Shown here one piece after another: positions 27,231 through 31,326 of a DNA stretch of 31,326 bases; the first letter of the stretch is position 1; each line of letters begins with the position of its first letter. The position numbers and the translations under genes are program-made. The notes beneath the pieces were generated by a model, which saw only the letters and a list, made by a program, of their open reading frames with translations, searched no databases and was not told the origin of the DNA. The stretch is from contig CAXHJY010000893.1 in assembly GCA_964016885.1 (NCBI GenBank), positions 1 through 31,326 of the forward strand. The letters are read 5' to 3'. This DNA comes from Eledone cirrhosa (lineage: Eukaryota).

Positions 27231-27594
27231 TATAGCGAGAATACTAGGTTGTATGAATGTAACAAGGAATACATTGTTTGTGTAGATAATATTTAATTAA
27301 CAATGGTAGATAGTATAGTTGACATGTCAAAGTAATAGATGATAGAATGAAGCAAAGTTAGTAGTTACCGTTTTGATTGCCAGGCAAACGCGGCTGGCAG
27401 AGGACGCCTGGCTAAGGCCAGGCGCCTGTTGGCCAAATGAATGGCAGAGCCAAATGAGAGGCTCTTGACCTGGTGCCGAAAAGGCAATGAGAGAATGAGA
27501 GCTTAAAGTTGTTAGTTTTATAGGGTTCTGACTGGAAGTTGCAGAAAGGGTTCTACTTCCCGTCTAGATCCAAACAAGGGAGACAACCGCTACA
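27231..27594 (-). repeat. 3' LTR
   Basis: Direct repeat of 28964-29327. Has TATAAAA and ATTAAA on the minus strand. Confidence 0.95.
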
Positions 27595-27597
27595 TAA

Positions 27598-27607
27598 CCT
27601 CCCGCCA
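27598..27607 (-). other. Polypurine tract
   Basis: TGGCGGGAGG-TTA immediately before the 3' LTR. Confidence 0.6.
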
Positions 27608-28930
27608 GAATTTTAGTGTATAAAAATCGAAATGAAAATATGTAGCAAGTTGGCGAGAATGTTGTAACAGGCATGAAAATTACGACAAAAGAATGTTTGG
27701 AAAAATCAATGATAGATATCAAGGTAGCCAACCGCTCTTGGCCAGAGAACGACTGGACATCCATCTATCCATCACCCAAAGATACAATGTAATAAAGTAA
27801 AAGTAAGAGAAGAGCTCAAAGTTCAAAATATAGTTCACAGGTGTGCAATCACTTGACAGCAGGAAAGAAAGTGTGTTCCAGAGAATGAATGCAGGTGGTT
27901 TCTGTTCTGTGGTATATCGTGAAATTTCCAACCTCCGAATGGATTTTCTCACAGGAAGAGTGCTGCAAAAATAAATTCTCTGGCTTTGGTTGTTGGTGAA
28001 GCTGTGTTGATGTATTGCTGCTGCTGTTGCTGTTGTCTCGCTGAGTGAGCGTATTCGGTGTTTAAATTCACAGTAAAAAAAAAAAAAATTTTTTAGAAAA
28101 AATGAGTTGCGCAAAGTGCTAGAAATAGCAGCCGAAGTTGATGGTCGATGTTGAGAATGCGTTGACCTGGAAGGGTCAAGAGGCCAGCGACCAGAGAAAT
28201 AAGCATTCTTAATAAATGCGCGGTTATCAACGGTAAATTTACATTGTAAATTTATAAACCGGCAAATAGAAGAATATAGCTTAAGGCTGAAGAATCCTTG
28301 GCGAGAAATGTTATCTCTGGCGTGCGGCTTTGTCTGTGAGTAGAGACATCTCTGTGAATCGAGAATTTGTGCTGCCTACACGTGCCAATACAAGGTTGAA
28401 AAAAATAATATTTCTAACGCGCGAGAAAATGATAGTGCAAGTGTGAAAGTGACAATGATGAAAAAGAAAGGCTTCACTCAGCATAATTATTGGTGTGAAC
28501 TTTGGGAAAAAAAAAAACTTGAACGATGAAGAAAACGATGAACAAAAAGGCAATGGTTCATCGAAAATAAATGTTCCTGTTGAAATGTTTTTTTAAAGAA
28601 TATCGAATTTCTTTTTTTCCCTTTTTTTTTGTTTTGAAAGAGTTCGTTGTAAGACACGAGAAACATATATATATATCGTGAAATGTTTTTTTTTTTGTTT
28701 TGTTTTGAAAGTGTTCGTTGTAAGAAACGAGAAACATATATATATTGGTGAAATGCGACAGTTAGTTGATGCGTGAGAGAAAAAGTCTGTCTGTGCAAAT
28801 TCCACATGTGCGTGTGTGCGTGTCCTTGAGTATTTTCATAGTTTGTCGATAAATTTGCTGTGTATTCGTAATGTTACTCACACAAAACCAGATGTGCTAT
28901 TTTTTGGGGTGACCACCTATAGCGATGAAC

Positions 28931-28962
28931 GGCTGCGTGTTCATATCACGTCGGGGTCACCA
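28931..28962 (-). other. Extended primer-binding site complementary to tRNA-Trp positions 45-76
   Basis: The + strand reads GGCTGCGTGTTCATATCACGTCGGGGTCACCA, i.e. the tRNA-Trp 3' end including CCA, 1 nt from the 5' LTR. Confidence 0.9.
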
Positions 28963-28963
28963 A

Positions 28964-29327
28964 TATAGCGAGAATACTAGGTTGTATGAATGTAACAAGG
29001 AATACATTGTTTGTGTAGATAATATTTAATTAACAATGGTAGATAGTATAGTTGACATGTCAAAGTAATAAATGATAGAATGAAGCAAAGTTAGTAGTTA
29101 CCGTTTTGATTGCCAGGCAAACGCGGCTGGCAGAGGACGCCTGGCTAAGGCCAGGCGCCTGTTGGCCAAATGAATGGCAGAGCCAAATGAGAGGCTCTTG
29201 ACCTGGTGCCGAAAAGGCAATGAGAGAATGAGAGCTTAAAGTTGTTAGTTTTATAGGGTTCTGACCGGAAGTTGCAGAAAGGGTTCTACTTCCCGTCTAG
29301 ATCCAAACAAGGGAGACAACCGCTACA
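28964..29327 (-). repeat. 5' LTR
   Basis: Direct repeat of 27231-27594. Confidence 0.95.
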
Positions 29328-29736
29328 TACATATAGGAGAACCCCTACCGATGCGCTGAACGAGTGTGACCCTTCAGTCCAGCCAGCGACTTGAAAACTC
29401 TGGTACAAACACTACACTTGTGACAAATATTGACACATAGTGCTGGGCCCATGGTACCCTGTGACGACAAGTGCAGAGAGATCTCCAGATATAAAGCAAT
29501 GCCTGTGCCGTGAAGCTTTTATAGGGCAAAGGAGCTCTTAAGAGTCAATGGCCATCCAAAATCACCGGGAGAGATGACCCTTTGGCCTTTGTCAAGGCAG
29601 AATTCTAGGAAAAGGAAAACTCTGATATAACACCTGCAACTCTGATGGTATCCAATGATGTTGACTTGTTCTTCTTTTTGGTAAATATCATCTTGGTTAA
29701 GAGAGTGGGACTGGCTTTGTGCAGTGCCTTTGCTCA

Positions 29737-29776
29737 TACATACATACATACATACATACATACATACATACATACA

Positions 29777-29808
<32 letters not shown>

Positions 29809-29841
29809 CATACATATATATATATACATATATATATATAT
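29737..29841. repeat. (TACA)n/(TA)n microsatellite
   Basis: Seen directly. Confidence 0.95.
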
Positions 29842-29941
29842 GTTTCTTGACTGTTGTATCACGTGACTGTCTCCTCCTCCGCCTTTTGGGATTCTTTCTC
29901 ACATCATATAGACGCGTTCTTGAGGCTAGTAAAACGAGGTA

Positions 29942-30031
29942 TCCTCTTGATAAGTCGGCAGACCTCGCAAATGCTCTATATCTATATGATGTATTGTTTT
30001 TGTTTATGCCACGAAACTACGTAGTCGAGGA
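29942..30031 (+). ncRNA. Decayed type I hammerhead ribozyme motif
   Basis: Stem I UCCUC/GAGGA; core UUGAUAA (two transitions from CUGAUGA); stem II GU(C)GGCA/UGCCAC; GAAAC-UACGUA-GUC with palindromic stem III. Confidence 0.7.
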
Positions 30032-30270
30032 ATCTAGAAGCAGTTTAGGTATGATACATCTTATTACTAATTATATCTAAATGTTTCTTCTCTCTTCATA
30101 ATGTACTATATAGCTCTGATACTGGTTCAGTCTAATCCATTCGGATTGGTTTGTCCCAGTTATTCATAGAGCAACATCGGTTAAGGTTGGCACCATTAAC
30201 TCAAGGATGGATGTGGATATATTCATGTATATGTGTGTGTCCTCATGTATCTGTGGGTTTCTCAATATAT

Positions 30271-30278
<8 letters not shown>

Positions 30279-30312
<34 letters not shown>

Positions 30313-30369
30313 CATACATATATATACATATTTATATATATATATATATACATACATACATATATATAC

Positions 30370-30403
<34 letters not shown>

Positions 30404-30411
30404 ATATATAC

Positions 30412-30445
<34 letters not shown>

Positions 30446-30453
30446 ATATATAC

Positions 30454-30500
<47 letters not shown>

Positions 30501-30501
30501 C

Positions 30502-30560
<59 letters not shown>

Positions 30561-30919
30561 CATACATATATATATATATACATACATATATATATATACA
30601 CATACATATACATACATATATATATACATACATATACATACACATATATATATATATATATATACATACATATACATACATATATATACACATACATACA
30701 TACATACACATACATATATATATACATACACACATATACATACATACATACATATACATACATATATATACATACATACGTATATATACATACATATACA
30801 TACATATATATATATACATACACACATATATATACATACATATACATACATACACATATACATACAAATATATATATACATACATATATATACACATACA
30901 TTTATATATACATACACAT

Positions 30920-30966
<47 letters not shown>

Positions 30967-31029
30967 CATACATATATATATACATATATACATATATATA
31001 TATATACATATATATATATACATATATAC

Positions 31030-31126
<97 letters not shown>

Positions 31127-31127
31127 A
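30279..31127. repeat. (TA)n/(TACA)n compound microsatellite
   Basis: Seen directly. Confidence 0.97.
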
Positions 31128-31326
31128 TATAAGATCAAAAGATGGTTAAAGGAGTTCAATATATTTTATTATGCGCATTTCAAAAACAAACATCATTAAA
31201 CAATAATATTTGTGTTTTCATCAGATAAAACAGGAGAACATGATATGAAGGCTAAAAAAACACTTGTTGATAGTGCAGTTTTAAATCAACATATGCATTG
31301 CTTTATTGTACTACAATAAAACTCAC

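Larger units (their letters stand above)
27231..29327 (-). mobile_element. Young non-autonomous LTR retrotransposon (Gypsy-like ends), 2097 bp
   Basis: Two 364-bp LTRs differing at 2 positions, termini TGTAGCG...CGCTATA, tRNA-Trp PBS, purine tract GGCGGGAGG, probable 4-bp TSD TCCA/TACA, and no gag/pol in the 1369-bp interior. Confidence 0.93.
27185..29736 (-). mobile_element. Bipartite RTE-derived element, copy 2 (5'-inverted, interrupted by the LTR element)
   Basis: 27185-27230 plus 29332-29524 match 26071-26309. 29523-29736 is the reverse complement of 26310-26523. Confidence 0.85.

Noticed and set aside
28931-28962. tRNA-Trp gene
   Set aside because: Only the 3' 32 nt are present, with encoded CCA and adjacent to an LTR, so it is a PBS.

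Overview
This is AT-rich eukaryotic non-coding DNA, intronic or intergenic. The SINE families and the very large (TA)n/(TATG)n arrays suggest a cephalopod, probably Octopus (inference from recalled repeat consensus, not a search). No host protein-coding gene could be supported, and the long YIYI... ORFs are microsatellite artefacts. Mobile elements present: a decayed D34D mariner (~18.57-19.48 kb); three RTE-clade LINE fragments; a restriction-like-endonuclease LINE 3' end; several tRNA-derived SINEs; two copies of a bipartite RTE-derived non-autonomous element, one with a twin-priming-type 5' inversion; and a very young non-autonomous LTR element (27231-29327, minus strand). The primer-binding site of that LTR element is a 32-nt tRNA-Trp copy with a substitution exactly at position 58 (m1A58). 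The most striking system is a set of short non-coding elements embedded in (TA)n tracts. They carry type I hammerhead ribozyme motifs (most complete at 9524-9584 and 9453-9512, partial or decayed at ~4853, 5561, 5731, 9725, 16152 and 29942). Several are long fold-back palindromes whose arms co-vary between copies, and they share a GAGYRCTC motif about 20-46 nt from the 3' (TA)n junction. They are best read as TA-targeted Penelope-like or retrozyme-like insertions.
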